DNA of 63,711 nucleotides, filler included, from Bigelowiella natans CCMP2755 (taxonomy: Eukaryota; Protista; Cercozoa), in the NCBI GenBank assembly GCA_000320545.1. It is 7 parts of 7 records of this genome, joined end to end, with 100 filler letters (N's around TTAATTAATTAA, not from the genome) between each part and the next. Parts side by side here need not be neighbours in the genome. Positions count along the whole stretch, not along the records: positions 30,481 to 40,939 come from ADNK01000051.1; positions 41,040 to 49,331 come from ADNK01000809.1; 5 more parts are not named here. One strand, 5' to 3'. The notes below the pieces were generated by a model. That model made no database searches. It was given only the letters and a program-made list of their open reading frames with translations, and was not told the DNA's origin. Made by a program: the position numbers and the translations under genes. Positions 31,239 through 44,841 of this stretch are shown here, piece after piece (position 1 is the first letter of the stretch; each line of letters starts with the position of its first letter).

Positions 31239-31990
31239 ACCTCTGTCGCGTTAGTAAACTCTAATGTTCTAAGAATCGCATACTGTATAACATTATGATT
31301 CTCAATGTAGCTCTTTAGTCATACTAGCAAAGCTATATGCATACACAAGTAAGTTCTATCATGTAGCTGAAGACATAGCTGCAACGAGTTGGACAATTGC
31401 CATGCAAATCTACTTATGGCGCGTGTGAGTCAAGCTATTATACTACGCTCGCAGTGCAAGTTAGCATTAGGATGCCACACACATGTCCGCCACGTTCCAG
31501 CCAAATGGTCATCAGGGTCGTCACCACTCTAGCACTGCTGTTGCCATGAAATCGCCGTGCTAGCATGACGCCAGTTGCGCTAGTGCACCGAAAGTGCATT
31601 CACAATATGAGCACGGCACGCAACTTTTTGATGTAGCAGCGATCTGCTTAGCAGTCGATCATCAGGCAAAACTTAATAAATCACCGCGTGTGCAGGTTTT
31701 GTATATATATTTGACAAGGACACTGCGAAGTGAGCGCCTATTTAGCTGTATGTACTTATGTCCATGCTAGCATGCATTTTCTATAATTTATGTAGAAGTA
31801 CGTGCTCAATACAAGATGTGTTTAAATGAACAATTCAGGTGTTTCTACATGCCATTTATCTGCTCGTCATCAGTCATTACATTTCATTGAACGAATAGGG
31901 GTTACACGTGCTGTGGCAAGTGCCAAACGCTCAAATCTCTGCAACGTAGTAGTGTTTAGCCACCACAAACCGACTCAAATCTGACTAGAA

Positions 31991-33890
31991 TCAGGATGGC
32001 TCATCATTTGAAAAAGATATGTCCCAAAATCCTTCAGGTGACTTTGGAATATCGAAGTTCCTTCTGTGGCGCGATACATGGTCACACAGGTTACGGCCTA
32101 GCAACTCAGCGTCGTCAACCGTATCTTTGACTTCGTTATACCAGGCCTCACACTAATGCACATAAGAAATATAATTTCGTAAATGTTGGAAGAAGTAGGA
32201 GAAAGAGTCATGGTACGTACTTGTGAGCATGCGAATCCTTTCATAGCTTCCCTCTCCGCTTTTCTCCTCACAACCGGGAGGCAAGCTATCTCCTTTGGTT
32301 TGGGTACTGTAAATCTGCTTTCTACGAAATAGATACATCTTTCAATCTAAGGAATATATGCAAGATACAGAATAAAATTACTGTTTGGGGGAACTGGTTT
32401 TGCACCAGACGACCCTGTCGAAGGAGCATTGAGCTTTGCAGGAGTCACTTGGGAGAGGGGTTCCCTTGTTGAGGACCCCGTCCGAGAGAAATTCTCTCTT
32501 TTCTTGCTAGGTCTCTTTCTCCTCGTTATTTCATGTTCACAGCATTTTCTCTTTAGGTTGGTGCATTTCTTGTTGCCCGGAGTAGAAAGATTGGAACCAT
32601 CGGAATGGCCTCGATTTCGCTCACAACTGGCAGTTTTTCTCATTTCTTCATTTCTTGTGGTGGTTGTTGGTGCTTTAGGATTTGACGTTTTTGCCATTCT
32701 GATAACAAAAAAACAAGAAAATCGTCGTAACTTTGAAATACAGTTTCTAACAGAAACAAAATGGATGACTTTAAATTGTTTGGGACGTAGAATTCGGTGA
32801 ACTCTAGAGCAGACTCAGCAGTTGCTTGAGTATCATCTGAATTAAGGTAGATATGCGTCAGGGAACCATCTGCCAAAACAGAACATTCATACCCAATAGA
32901 ATCGACTTAGTAGGAGGCTTTAGGATCATCTTAGGAATAGGTTTTGATCTTAGTTTGCCGGTAGTGCCACTACTCGTGGCATCCTGATTAAATGTTTGAT
33001 GAGTGATGGCTTCGGGGGACAGAGTTTGACTATTACCCCCTCCTTTTTGTCAGCTTCTTTGACAGCTACGACTTGTTCATACATATGATTTTGGTTCTCT
33101 GTCTTGGATCTTCTGCAGAGAGCAAACCAATCGTTCAAAATTTAGTCATAACTTGTTCAATTAAGAGAATTCGTACGACTTTTGCGTGAGCCTCCTATCC
33201 ATAATGATGCCCGCATGAATCCTTTTTTGAACCTTCTTCCCGGCGATGAATTGCTTCCATTTTAACTTGTCTCTTTCCGCCTTTTTTGCCAAAGCCTGGA
33301 GCTCTTCTCTTGCTTTCTGGAGCAGTCGCTTCAAATCGGCAAGCTGAAATTGCAAAGGAGTTATTTTTACTCTTTTGCTAGCTCTGGACACACAAACACA
33401 CACACACACACACCACATACATAGTTCCCTTCTCGCTCCCCATTCGAAATATTGACGACCTCAGTTTTCATTTTCTCGTGTTCCTGAGCCTGCTTCTCGA
33501 GACGCTGTTGCATCGATTGATTCCGCTCCTCGTACTCCAAGCTTTTTTCTCTCCATTGCAACATTTTCTGTTTCCACCCAGAACCCTCTTGCTTCGATTT
33601 TTCTTCATGATCCTGATCTTTCAGTGTTTGTTGGAGCACCTTGTTTTGCTGCTCCAATTTTAAGGCTCTCTCCTTCCATTCCTTCTCTGCGGCCAAAGCT
33701 CTTTGAGCCTCCCGATATATCCCGACGCACATTGCTAAGATTTATAATTCAAGCACGAAGAACGACTGAAGAACGCTTACAAAATAGCTTCATTTTCTTT
33801 ATAGTTCGAAATAAGGACATCACCTCTGCCGTTCCTCCAGAACTTGAGCATTGCGCTCCATTGCTCGGTGAGCTCGATCGGGACGGCCAT
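31991..33890 (-). CDS. RBBP8: CtIP/Sae2/Com1 DNA end-resection factor
   Basis: N-terminal coiled coil. C-terminal spliced PVVRRKAEREAMKGFACSQ|CEAWY...VSRHRRNFDIPKSPEGFWDISF contains the CxxC, RHR and (S/T)PxxFW motifs of the Sae2/CtIP domain. Confidence 0.85.
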
Positions 33891-34539
33891 TGTCGCGCGA
33901 ACGTGTTTACTTCCGACTTATTATTTTTTTATAACATATCCTCGAAAATAACTCTTCGGCTTTATGGCTGGATCCAAGCAATTTACGAGGAATTCATACT
34001 AATTTTGAATGGCGACAAATAATGGAATCCAATCCCAAATAAATAAGAAAATGCATTTACATGCAGTTGATGGACAAAGTGGACCCCATCAGTTGTCGTT
34101 TCAAATCGTACCAGTCAGGCTGAATGCCGTTGTATTCTACAAAAATTTTGGAGAAATAGTCATGACGCGTCTTACGTACGCTGGGGGATTTGTACCACAA
34201 CCTCCCACTTTTTGCGATCTCTGGAAGCGATGCTTGAGGACACACAGAGTCAGCCCCCCCCCCGATCTTCATTTTTTCTTTCAGCATTGAAAGAGAGACA
34301 GTAGATTACATATTAAAACATCAAATAGCTCTTCTCATGAATTGGATTCTCGAGCGAGAAGAAGTGTAGAGGCGAGAAGTTGTCATAGATCTGCCTTTAC
34401 CTTAAGCGTATGTCAACCTGTAAATTCGTCCGTTCAACAAGCAGAAACGGCATGATATTCCGAAATCCGAAATCTAACGATCAGAATCGATTTTGTAGTC
34501 TAAATGACAAGCTCAATCCGTAATAACACATTGTTTCAG

Positions 34540-35254
34540 AAGAGTTAAAGATTATTGTGGTGGGGAATGGAACCGTCGGTAAAACCACGATGCTCAAACA
34601 ATTCGCTCGTGGCGAGCAAACTGGTGGGTTGCTCTAGTACATCATCTGCTAGTCTTGGTGCTAATATTTATGGAAATCTTCCGTCTTTTATCACCTTAAT
34701 GCCGTATGCTCTTTCTTATCTCTTACGTATATTACTCATCATCATTTCTACGACGGCGAACAGACAAATACAAGAAGACTGTTGGAACGGACTTCTTTGA
34801 AAAGGAAATAACCGTCAAAGCTACAGGAGAAGAGGTGAAACTACTTCTCTGGGATACTGCAGGTGCAACTGGATGATGATGATGATTATTATCCGGATGA
34901 AATACCAAAATAAATGAATATCTGGAGACACGCAAATTTTCACTCGTTGCCTCTGTGATAGAAGTTGAGCTTGCTGTTTGTGGTGATCCAATGAAACATT
35001 TCCTTTAGGTCAAGAGATGTTTAAGTCTTTAACACAGCGCTACTATAGAGGGGCTGGGGCAGTTGTGTATGCTTTCGCAACAGACAATCGTGAATCGTTC
35101 ATGGATCTTAAGAGTTGGATTTCAAAAGTGGAGGAAGTTTGTGGGAAGATAGCATGCGTTTTGGTGCAGAACAAAATTGATCTTCTGGACAAGGCGAAAG
35201 TGGACACGTACGTGTCGCCTTTACATATTTTACTCTTATTTGAGTCTCCCCCCT

Positions 35255-35288
<34 letters not shown>

Positions 35289-35877
35289 TATCTGCGTTGA
35301 GATCAATCCTAACTTTGAATATTGTGAATGTTCAGGGAAGAGGTGGAGAAATTTGCAAAGGATCATCAGATGAAACTGTACCGAACAAGTGCACTAAAGA
35401 ACGTTCTGATAGACGATGGTACCGAGCATGAAATCTAGTGCATTTAACTTAGCTACATTTCTCGCCAGTTTTACTTACACTCATACACCGATTACTCTTG
35501 TGTGGAAGTACAAGACACTTCCACGAGAATCTTTATGTTTTTTATTTGAAATTTTCTCATTCCCTCGAACAGTGTGGTTAGCAAAACACCAATGTTCCTA
35601 TTTCATTCACACCTCCTGTAGGCAGATACTTGCAAGGACTGACCGTTCGTTCATTTGATGTATATGTGTTGCAGTATTTGACTACCTCACTGAGCAGTAC
35701 CTCGCTAAGGGCGAATCCAAACAGGCTGTTCAAACCATAAACAAGCCAGATACAGAAAAATCCGATGAGGAGAAGGAGAGCCGTGACGGAGATGTACGTC
35801 CAAATGGCGTCGTAAAACTCGGGCCCTCAAAACAGAGAACGGGTGGTAAAAAGAAAAAAGGATGTACGATACTTTAA
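34540..35877 (+). CDS. RAB23: Rab23-like small GTPase (first exon not resolved)
   Basis: KIIVVGNGTVGKT, YKKTVGTDF, WDTAGQE, YYRGA, LVQNKIDLL, LGPSKQRTGGKKKKGCTIL (CAAX). Confidence 0.85.
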
Positions 35878-36022
35878 TCTAACATAAGCTTGAGTACCTA
35901 TCATACGAAGAAGTTATGACCTTGTACTCGCGGAATTTATTACATACTTTAATCTAAGATAAGCTTGAGTACCTGTCGTACAAATACGAAATTATGGCCT
36001 TGTACTAGCGGAATTTATTACA
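35869..36022 (+). repeat. Imperfect tandem duplication (~75 bp x2) overlapping the Rab23 stop codon
   Basis: atactttaatctaa.ataagcttgagtacct...ccttgtact.gcggaatttattac occurs at ~35869 and ~35944. Confidence 0.85.
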
Positions 36023-37037
36023 TGATCATTACATTACAACATGCACTCAGAGAAGCTTGTCATTTCTTCAAGCCTAGTACGTGCAAGAGCGGTTTAGGAG
36101 ACTACATGCAAATTCACGCACTAAACAATTCACATAAAGCGCGCATGAGACAAATATACTATTCAAACAAGCAAAGATGTCATGCAGTGGAAATTCATTG
36201 CCGGCCGCATGCCAGCATGTGCGAGCGCTGCCAAACGAACATCGCATTGCAAGGTCTAAGCATTACACATTACACGTAATGATCTTTCTCTGGGCGTTCC
36301 TGGCACTTTCTGGAACTCTCTTAGAAGTAGTGCACCAGCTCGTCGTGGGTCGTTTGCATTGCGCATCTGTCGCAGTGTCCGCGCTTTTCGCGCTGTGCAG
36401 GCACAGCGATGCGCAGAACGTTTTCGCGAACGTGCCGGCCAAAACGACAATGTGATGTGAGCACAGTTCGAGATTGCACCCAGCACATTCCGGTCACGGT
36501 CCTGGACGACAAGTCTCAAGGAAAGCTGTAATATGCAAAGGCTGACTCTGCGAGCTGAAAGCTTTAATTTTAGAAGCTGAACCAGCTGTTGAAAAATCTG
36601 CGATGCAGTTCAAGACATAAGGCTTTCTAACGCTTGCTGCAGCATCACTTACACACTGGGCAATATGCGATGGCGCGGCCACACAGCGCCTACTAGAGTG
36701 TAAACACCTAGTCGCGCACGTACAAGTGTCCTGTGCAATCTAGCAATGCACATGCAGAGCTGCGTTATTGGCAGGCAACAATGGCTTAACATTTGATAAG
36801 CTTCATGTGCATAATGATTGTGCTCTTAAAATCTGTGTGACGAGTCGTCGTTTGGCGGAGTAGTATACCTCGCGGTGCTATTATTCAATGTGCGCTCTGC
36901 CTGCTATATACTATTTTTAATGCTCAACCCATTGTTTAAGCTGTAAGTATAACCTTGGTCCGAGCAGCTAGTAGCGAACCGCCTCTCTCATATCACTCCC
37001 CTCCCGCCCAGCTCTCCACGTTACTACCTTCTAATCT

Positions 37038-37962
37038 TCATTCTTTATCTTTATTGGTAAAGAGGTCTGGCAGCGGTGCCGGCTTCTGGTTAACAGTTTC
37101 GTAGAAGAGACGCGCGGGGTACTCCCTGAAAGGGTCCTTGTCACGCTCAGCCAACAGCATATCGATTCCGACTAAGAAGCAAAAAAAGGAGGAAATAATG
37201 AGTTGTCGAACCCAGAAAACAGCAGGTGGATGCGGGCTGGACGATGATGGCGCAGCAGGGTATAAATCGCCCCCTCCCCTCAATACCTTCAACGTCGCGC
37301 CTGATGCTCTCGTAAACTCGTTGGCACTCCTCTTTGTCTTTGTAGTCGAGATTGAACGTCTCCACGGGTTTCCCAAATAAGAAGTAGAAACGCTGGAAAG
37401 GAACAGAAGAGAAGAGGTGGGGAGGGAGGGAGAAGGGAGAGACAAGCGAAAGGTGTTAACACGAGTGCACACACACATTGCACGAACTCATTCCACCCAG
37501 CACAAGAGAAAGAGCAGAGCACGGGAGTGGAAGGAGACAATCGGTGCTCTGCTATCTGCTACAACTTGAACGAAAAAACGATGCAACATCAACAACACAG
37601 CATTGCTTAGTATGTGTCGAGGTGTTTTGTGCTGTTGTCTGCATCTTGTAAGTATCTACCGCTGGCAGCTGAGGGATTGAAAGCGGTGCTACAAAAGTCT
37701 CATTATCACGCGCCTTAGAGAGGATTGATGGGAGGAAAGGTGATAATTAAAACCCCGAGTACTTCCAATATCCAGATTTATTTTCACACTGTTTGAAGAT
37801 CACTTAATGGTCCTCATTATCCCTCCCCCCCCCCCCCCCCCTCTGAGTACTCCTACTAGCACCTTTGGAAGCAAGCTGGCCCGCTGCTGAACATAGTCTC
37901 CCACGATAGGAGCCTGATGGTATGCGCAATCATATCGTTATCTTCATAAGACGAGAGGGAGA

Positions 37963-38000
<38 letters not shown>

Positions 38001-38845
38001 CTTTATTGATACGCTGTTGTTACTACTACATTGAGAATGTCGTTGGAGTCTGCAACCATGCGGAACGAATCGGCAATCTGAGGAAGAAAATCAGTCGGTT
38101 TCTACTTCATTTATTTGCGGAGCATATGTTATCCAACACTGCCTATAACAACATTCCTTGTAGACTTATGTAAGTGCTCTCGTCGCAGTCGTCGTCATCA
38201 TCGCCGTCAATGAAGCCATTATCATTTTTTCTTCATAAACTCACCCCTATTGCAGAGAAGGGGACGATGGTTGCATTGTGCTTTGCGGCTGCCCGTACAA
38301 ACTCTCCCTTCTCCGGCCATATCACCTTGCCAAACGGGAAGATATCCACCAACAAAAAAGAGTTGTTAAAAATTGGGGAAGAAAAGGCATCCACAACGAA
38401 ACACGTAGCTGTCAGTTTTGCAACTGTGACACGATAGAATCTGTCGCATTTGGATGTACTCTGTATTTGCGGATAGCAGTTCATAACTGTCATATCCTCC
38501 ACCATTTTTCTTATTTTTTTGACCGCCGTTTCATTACTTTGTAGTCCTCTCCCTTTTTATGATACACTTCTCGCACCCCTCCTACGGTGTTGGTGGGGGG
38601 AAGTGGGGAAGTGGGGAGGTGAGGGGGGTCGGCATCTTTTCAACCATAATAACGATGATAATGACGACAAATAACAAGAACGGATGATCATGTGAATGAC
38701 AGAGTCGGAGCCCCCCAATATCCATCATTATCCTCAATCTCATACGTCATTACCAGGAAAGAGCAGCGAAGGCTTGCGCTCTCGCATCAGCTGTAGTAAA
38801 CAGCATAACAACTTCAAACGAAACTTTACCAAGAATAATCTCATT

Positions 38846-38888
<43 letters not shown>

Positions 38889-39400
38889 CCTCCTTTTCCT
38901 CCTCCCCCCCCCCCCTCCCCCTCCAACAACCAACTACAGCTTCTGCTGGTACCGTATCCAAGTTTCTCCCGCTGACAGGCACCGCACCAAATTGTTTGAA
39001 AATGTTCGCAGGTCCTCCGAAGGGATCTCCTACATGCGCCACAAACAAAGCGTTATGATGACCAATATACGTTCTGCATCGTTCCCTCCACCAAAGACCT
39101 TTAAATAATCTGTACGAGGCAGTAAGGCACGTAATCCTGATAGTCCAATGCAACATCCCTCCCTCAGAGTGGCCCCCCCCCCCCCGTATCTTTCTCATCA
39201 TCATCATCATCATTATATCACAGATGATAACACAAACACACACGAAGCAGGGCGACCTTCACCGTCCCCCGCACCGGTGCCCATACCGATCCCCGCCATT
39301 GCCTACGGCAATGCCATCAAAACTCGTTCATGAATACTGCATGTTTTCTCAAAATGTATTGTGGTAAGTCTCCTTTTGAGTTCTCATCACCGTCGTCGTT

Positions 39401-39433
<33 letters not shown>

Positions 39434-39667
39434 GTCATCACAGAATCCAAAGATACCGCTCCTCGAGCAACGAGAGGGTGTGCTAGGCCCCGCAGAAGCG
39501 ACTGAAGAACGTTTGAGCATTGATGAATTTGAATGGGAGAAGGAGGAGAAGGAGGAGGATATCAAGAGCATGAGAAAAATCGGGGCGTCTCAGGCACGGA
39601 AAAATTGCATTGATTCTCCCCCGCGATTTTCTTTTGGAATATTGAATCATACATCGTATTGCCCAGT

Positions 39668-39701
<34 letters not shown>

Positions 39702-39994
39702 CACAATATCATAGCAAATATTTAATCACCCTCCCCCCCCCCTTTTTCTATTTGATGTACCTCCCTGTCCTCTAAGAATTGAGTTATTATCACGCCTGAA
39801 GGGCATACGGTTTTTGGGGGGGAAGGAGGACGGAAATTTAGAATTGTTTTTTGTTGTTGTGAATGCGTATACGATGGCAAAACTATCAAGGCTGCTGTTG
39901 CTCATATGCTCTTACCCAGATCCAAGCCGTATAATTGATGATTTCCAACCTATAAATTGCCCATTGAAGTTACATACAAACACACAAATGCACG

Positions 39995-40036
<42 letters not shown>

Positions 40037-40402
40037 ATGCGTGTGCGTGTTTAGCTCTCGTTCAACACGATCGCAGAAATAAAGCTACTCATCATCAGTC
40101 AATTTGGACGAGGAGAGATCGTCACCGCCACAAGCCACTGGTCGCACGAATAACGACGACCGACTCAGAGAACCGTCCTTCTCAGTCTCAAATACAATGA
40201 AGCATGCTCATCATCATCAATGCTTTCAGCGCCGTGGTCGTCGTCGTCATCACAGCTTGTCCCGAAAGCAGCTGCGGGCTATCTATTATTACCAGCAGAA
40301 CGCCCACATCGTCGTTGGTCATGGTGCCTGTTCACATAATCACCGTTCAAATCGCAGTAAGAGGAGGATAAAACATCGGCACAGTATAATATATGAATCG
40401 AC

Positions 40403-40441
<39 letters not shown>

Positions 40442-40935
40442 TATATATACATATATATAATAGTACAACCTCCCACGGCAGAATCAGACGGAAGAGGGAC
40501 ATTTCCTTTGCAAATGAGTAAAGAAAGTCTGAGAGTGAGCAAGAGCAACACATAATGCAAGATATTTGCTTTGCTACTACCGACGCCTGGATCAATCTTC
40601 CCATCCTTATTGGTAGAGAAGAAAGCTGGTGCTGCAAGCTGACGAATCGTCTGCACCTAAAATGTAACGGAAAATGTCGTAGATAATAATGAATCTACGG
40701 GTTGAACAGGATGATGATGATGATGATGATGATGATATATCTTTGTTTCATGCTTCAAGTAGCTCTCGTCCCTCTTCCTCTTCCTCTTTACTCCTCCTCC
40801 TCTTCCTCCTCCTCCTCCTCCTCCTCCTCTTCCTCCTCCTCCTCCTCCTCCTCCTTCTCTGCCCCCCCTCCTTCTTACATAGGCAGTAGCGTTCTCTCTG
40901 ACCTCCATCGAAGGCATAACAAAATCCTACAAACG
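37038..40935 (-). CDS. Phytyl ester synthase / esterase-lipase-thioesterase acyltransferase (PES-like), C-terminal part
   Basis: Spliced motifs FFSTNKDGKI, VGNHQLYGLDL, FGAVPVSGRNL, LLFPG|GVREVYHKKGEDYK, WPEKGEFVRAAAKHNATIVPFSAIG, FGKPVET, LLAERDKDPFR; 5' end lost in the gap. Confidence 0.85.
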
Positions 40936-40939
40936 TAAT

Positions 40940-41039
40940 NNNNNNNNNNNNNNNNNNNNNNNNNNNNNNNNNNNNNNNNNNNNTTAATTAATTAANNNNN
41001 NNNNNNNNNNNNNNNNNNNNNNNNNNNNNNNNNNNNNNN
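40940..41039. other. Artificial contig spacer
   Basis: 100-nt N run with TTAATTAATTAA. Confidence 0.97.
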
Positions 41040-41169
41040 GTCTTGTGGTGATAAAATCGATGACGTCAATGACGTCAACACCGAATTGCGACAACTATAC
41101 TACCACTACTACTACCACTAATAATAATAATAATAATAACAATAATAATCATAATACACTACTGCAACC

Positions 41170-42269
41170 TTGAAAGCACCCCTTGCGTAGTGGTGGTAGC
41201 TCGGTTTCCCCCCGCACATGTAGTTCGGCCGGTGCCTCAAGCACTTCGCAGGGCCGAGGAGCGAGGGGTCAAACAGCACATTCGTCCCGTCGCAGATGGT
41301 GTGCGGCGCGGTGGGAGCGTTCAGCCTCGGGTGCTTTGTGACACGGCACTGCAGCGAGCCTGGCGGAAGTGTCCCCGGAATCGCCGAATCACCGTTGGCG
41401 CCCGAGCTGGTGGATAGGGGGGGGGCGATGGACGATGACTGCGGTTTGCAAATCGGCTTGTTCTTCTCCTTCCAGTGCTCCAAAAAGCCAAGATCGAAGA
41501 GCTTGTAGCACTTATCCGACCGCAGCGTCTCGTCGGTGTGCCGGTGCTGATGGTGCTTGTGGTCGTTCTCATGTCCGCCAAGAGGCATCACCTCTTCGTA
41601 GTCGTCGTTGTTGCTCTTGCCCTTGGGGGCAGTTGAGTGCGACGGGAAGAGAAGGTTTTTGGCCCTGGAGAGCAGCGAGGAGTGAGAATCGAGCCCCTCC
41701 GCTTGATCGGTTGACGGCGATGATGATGACGACGATAATGAAGACGAGGAAGAAGGGAATAATAGTGACGCGAAATCCGAAGGCGGTTGCGGCGATGATG
41801 AAGAAGAAACGGAAGAAGAAGAAGAAGAAGAAGAAGATGATGATGATGATGACGACGACACGGAACTGGTCGTGGTGGCCAATGAGGATTTGGTGGTTGT
41901 TGAAGGCTGTGGCGGTGAAGTAAACGAAGTAGTTTTCTTCTGTGAGTCTTGACGTTGTTGCTGCTGTCGCTGTTGCTGTAGCAGCTGTTGGCCATTCAGT
42001 CCCCTTGCCGAGACCTCCGCCTCTAATCGCTCTATTCTCCTCTCCAGATCCGAAACTGAGAGGTCAGCAACCCTGTCCCTACTACTACTACTACTACTCC
42101 TTCTGGATGATATATTTGTGCCAGCCGAGGGTGCGAAGTGGAAGCCGTGGAAGAGGTGCGTTGAGAGCAGAATCCAACAGCTCGAAACGGCAATCAAGCC
42201 AATGAGAAGCTTCTTCCTGTCCCTCACCACAATCCCCAATACGCCTACGGATGAGAGCGACGACGGCAT
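41170..42269 (-). CDS. Type II membrane protein, probable glycosyltransferase (GT61/EOGT-like), first exon; 3' end lost
   Basis: RKK + hydrophobic anchor (LLIGLIAVSSCWILLS), Ser-rich stem, then a Cys-spaced region CYKLFDLGFLEHW...ICK...SLQC...ICDGTNVLFD. Family assignment is tentative. Confidence 0.55.
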
Positions 42270-42754
42270 TATAGAAGAGTTTTGAAGAAGAATGTGAAGA
42301 AGAAGGTAATGGTGGTGGCGGTGATAAGGAGGAAGAGGATGAGGAGAGGGAGGAGAGGAGGCGATGTCTTTCTCCCCTCCCTCCCCTAAATCAAGTTCTG
42401 CGCTGTGGTAAGATGAAAGCAATTTAGTCTATAATTTATGCTGAATATTACTAAACATTTACAAAATTTTTCTCTCCCCCCGACATTACAAACTGTTATT
42501 GGCTGATGACGTATTCGACGGTGTTGTTTTTATAGGATATTTTTTCGAGAAATATATCGGGATATGTAACGAATAATCACTGGGAACGTTTTCTGAACTG
42601 CCCGAAAGAACAGATCTGCTGACAACAGTCCGCAACAAAAATATCTTCGGTATATTTGATCCTGTCATTTTATCAACACGGAAAACATCGTAAAAACGTG
42701 CCCGAATTCACGCCCAGACTCTGTGCAGCCTGCCCACCCCTTCCGAGCACAAGA

Positions 42755-43994
42755 ATGGAAAACTTATTTGATGTCAAAGGAAAGACCGTGGTCGTTACTG
42801 GAGGAGGTTGTTTCGTCCCTTCTCCCCTTCGCTTTTTTTCACGTGATCCCGCCGTGCTTCCATCCGGGAGGGGGACAGTGGCATAGACCGGACGAGGCAC
42901 CGATCCGAATAAAACCCCAACCAAAGTGTCCTCGAGGTTTGAAATGCGCTTTCTCCTTACTCTTCTCCTCATCACAGGTAGTGGGATCGGACGAATGATC
43001 GCAGAAGGCTTCGCTCGGGCAGGATCCGACGTCTGGATCATGAGCCGCAAGTTCGAAAAGTGCAAATCGGTCGCCAAAGATATCTCCGCCACGACCGGTG
43101 GTAATTGCAGCGCACTGCCAGCTTGCGACCTGGGGAAGGGCGCCGACGAGTGCAAGCGAGTTGTGACAGAAATGACGAAGCAGGGGATGGAATCTGTCGA
43201 CGTTCTCATAAACAACAGCGGCTGTAGCTGGGGCCAGCCGCTCGAGATGTACCAGGAGAAGGGGTGGGATAAGGTCATGGATCTAAACGTGAAGGGTCTC
43301 TTCTTCCTCACCAAGGCCATGCTGCCGTTGCTTGAGAAGGCTGCAACATCAGATGTACCCGCGCGCGTGATCAACATTGGCAGCATCGCCGGGCTGAGAC
43401 CACAGGCGGTGCCAACCTTCGCCTACGATGCTTCGAAGTCAGCCGTCCATCAGCTCACAAAGCACCTTGCTGGATTTCTCGCAGCCAAACGCATCACGGT
43501 CCGCCTGAAATATCTGTATAGAGAAGAGCAGTAGGGTAGACTTAATAAAGTGAAACCAAGGGTTTCCGAGAAGAAACTAGGTCAACGCAATCAGCAACAT
43601 TTCTAGTGCGTACTTTGCTCGGTGTACGAATTTACTCCCCCTTTAAAAGTGCCCCATTTGATAGAGTGCGTGATTAAAGGTGAACGCTATCGCTCCGGGA
43701 TTAGTACCGTCGAAAATGAGCAAGGGACTTGAGGTAGCAACGCGTCTTTTTTTGTATGTGAATCACGCACGCGATCTCTCTACCGTCACATTTGGATGAA
43801 AGACTAACATTCCGATCTTATACATCCAGACCTATAGTAGTAAGAAGGATATCCTGAGTAAAATACCCTTGGGGAGATTCGGGAATAGCGCTGATATGGC
43901 TGGAGTCGCGATTTTCCTTGCCTCCAAAGCAAGCTCATGGATCACCGGTTCGATAATCAAAGTGGACGGAGGAGCTCTAGTTAGCAGACTGTAG
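42755..43994 (+). CDS. Short-chain dehydrogenase/reductase (RhlG-like) with peroxisomal PTS1
   Basis: VVVTGG|GSGIG, LINNSG, YDASK catalytic YxxxK, VNAIAPG, IKVDGGALVSRL* (C-terminal SRL). Confidence 0.92.
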
Positions 43995-44775
43995 GACTTC
44001 TATCCCACAAGAAGATGAAGTAGTATCTAGAGGATTACACGTTATTAATCACTAAAGTGTTGATCAAACTGTCGCAATGACGTGGTCGAAGATGCATAAA
44101 TTCGTCGTTGAGCGCATTGCTGCTGTATTATGCACACAGCGTCAGCGATAAACATGTAGCAATGCAAACATGCAAATATTGTTGAGTATGCTAGTAAGAA
44201 TACGCGTGTGTTCCACTCGGACCTGCGCTGCCGGTACGACGTAACAAATGGACACGTGATCGCGTTTCACAACCGCGCTGCTATGTTTGTTAGCAATGCA
44301 CCTTATATACCCATAAGTGTGCTAAAATGCATATGTGCGCCACATAGCAAAAATGCAAAATGCAGCTCTAGCTAGCTTTGCTATCATATAATCACTACTG
44401 CTCATATCGACGACGACCCGTCCGTATGATTACAGCAATTATTGATGGCCGCAGCAACTAGCTAGCGAGGCGCAAGTGGGTAAGCCATCAAAACTTATTA
44501 GGGTGTGCGTAGCACGCAGTTGGGAGCGATGACATATTTTGCGCGCTAGTCATCGCGAGCACGTGCGCTATGCCACCAGATATGTGTTGTACAAAGTAGC
44601 CTTTATCTATATTACGCGTGCAGACTGGTAATGGGATAGTAGCGGGTGGAAATTCATACTCTAAACGTAAAATTAAATGAATGCGAAATCATCACATTGC
44701 ATTTACCTCTTCATATGCGCCAGGAATCTGCTCGTAAGCGAAACCCCTGACGATGAAATAGAGAAGCAAGTATAT

Positions 44776-44801
44776 TCAAAGGTGTGTCTATATAAAACCG
44801 T

Positions 44802-44841
<40 letters not shown>

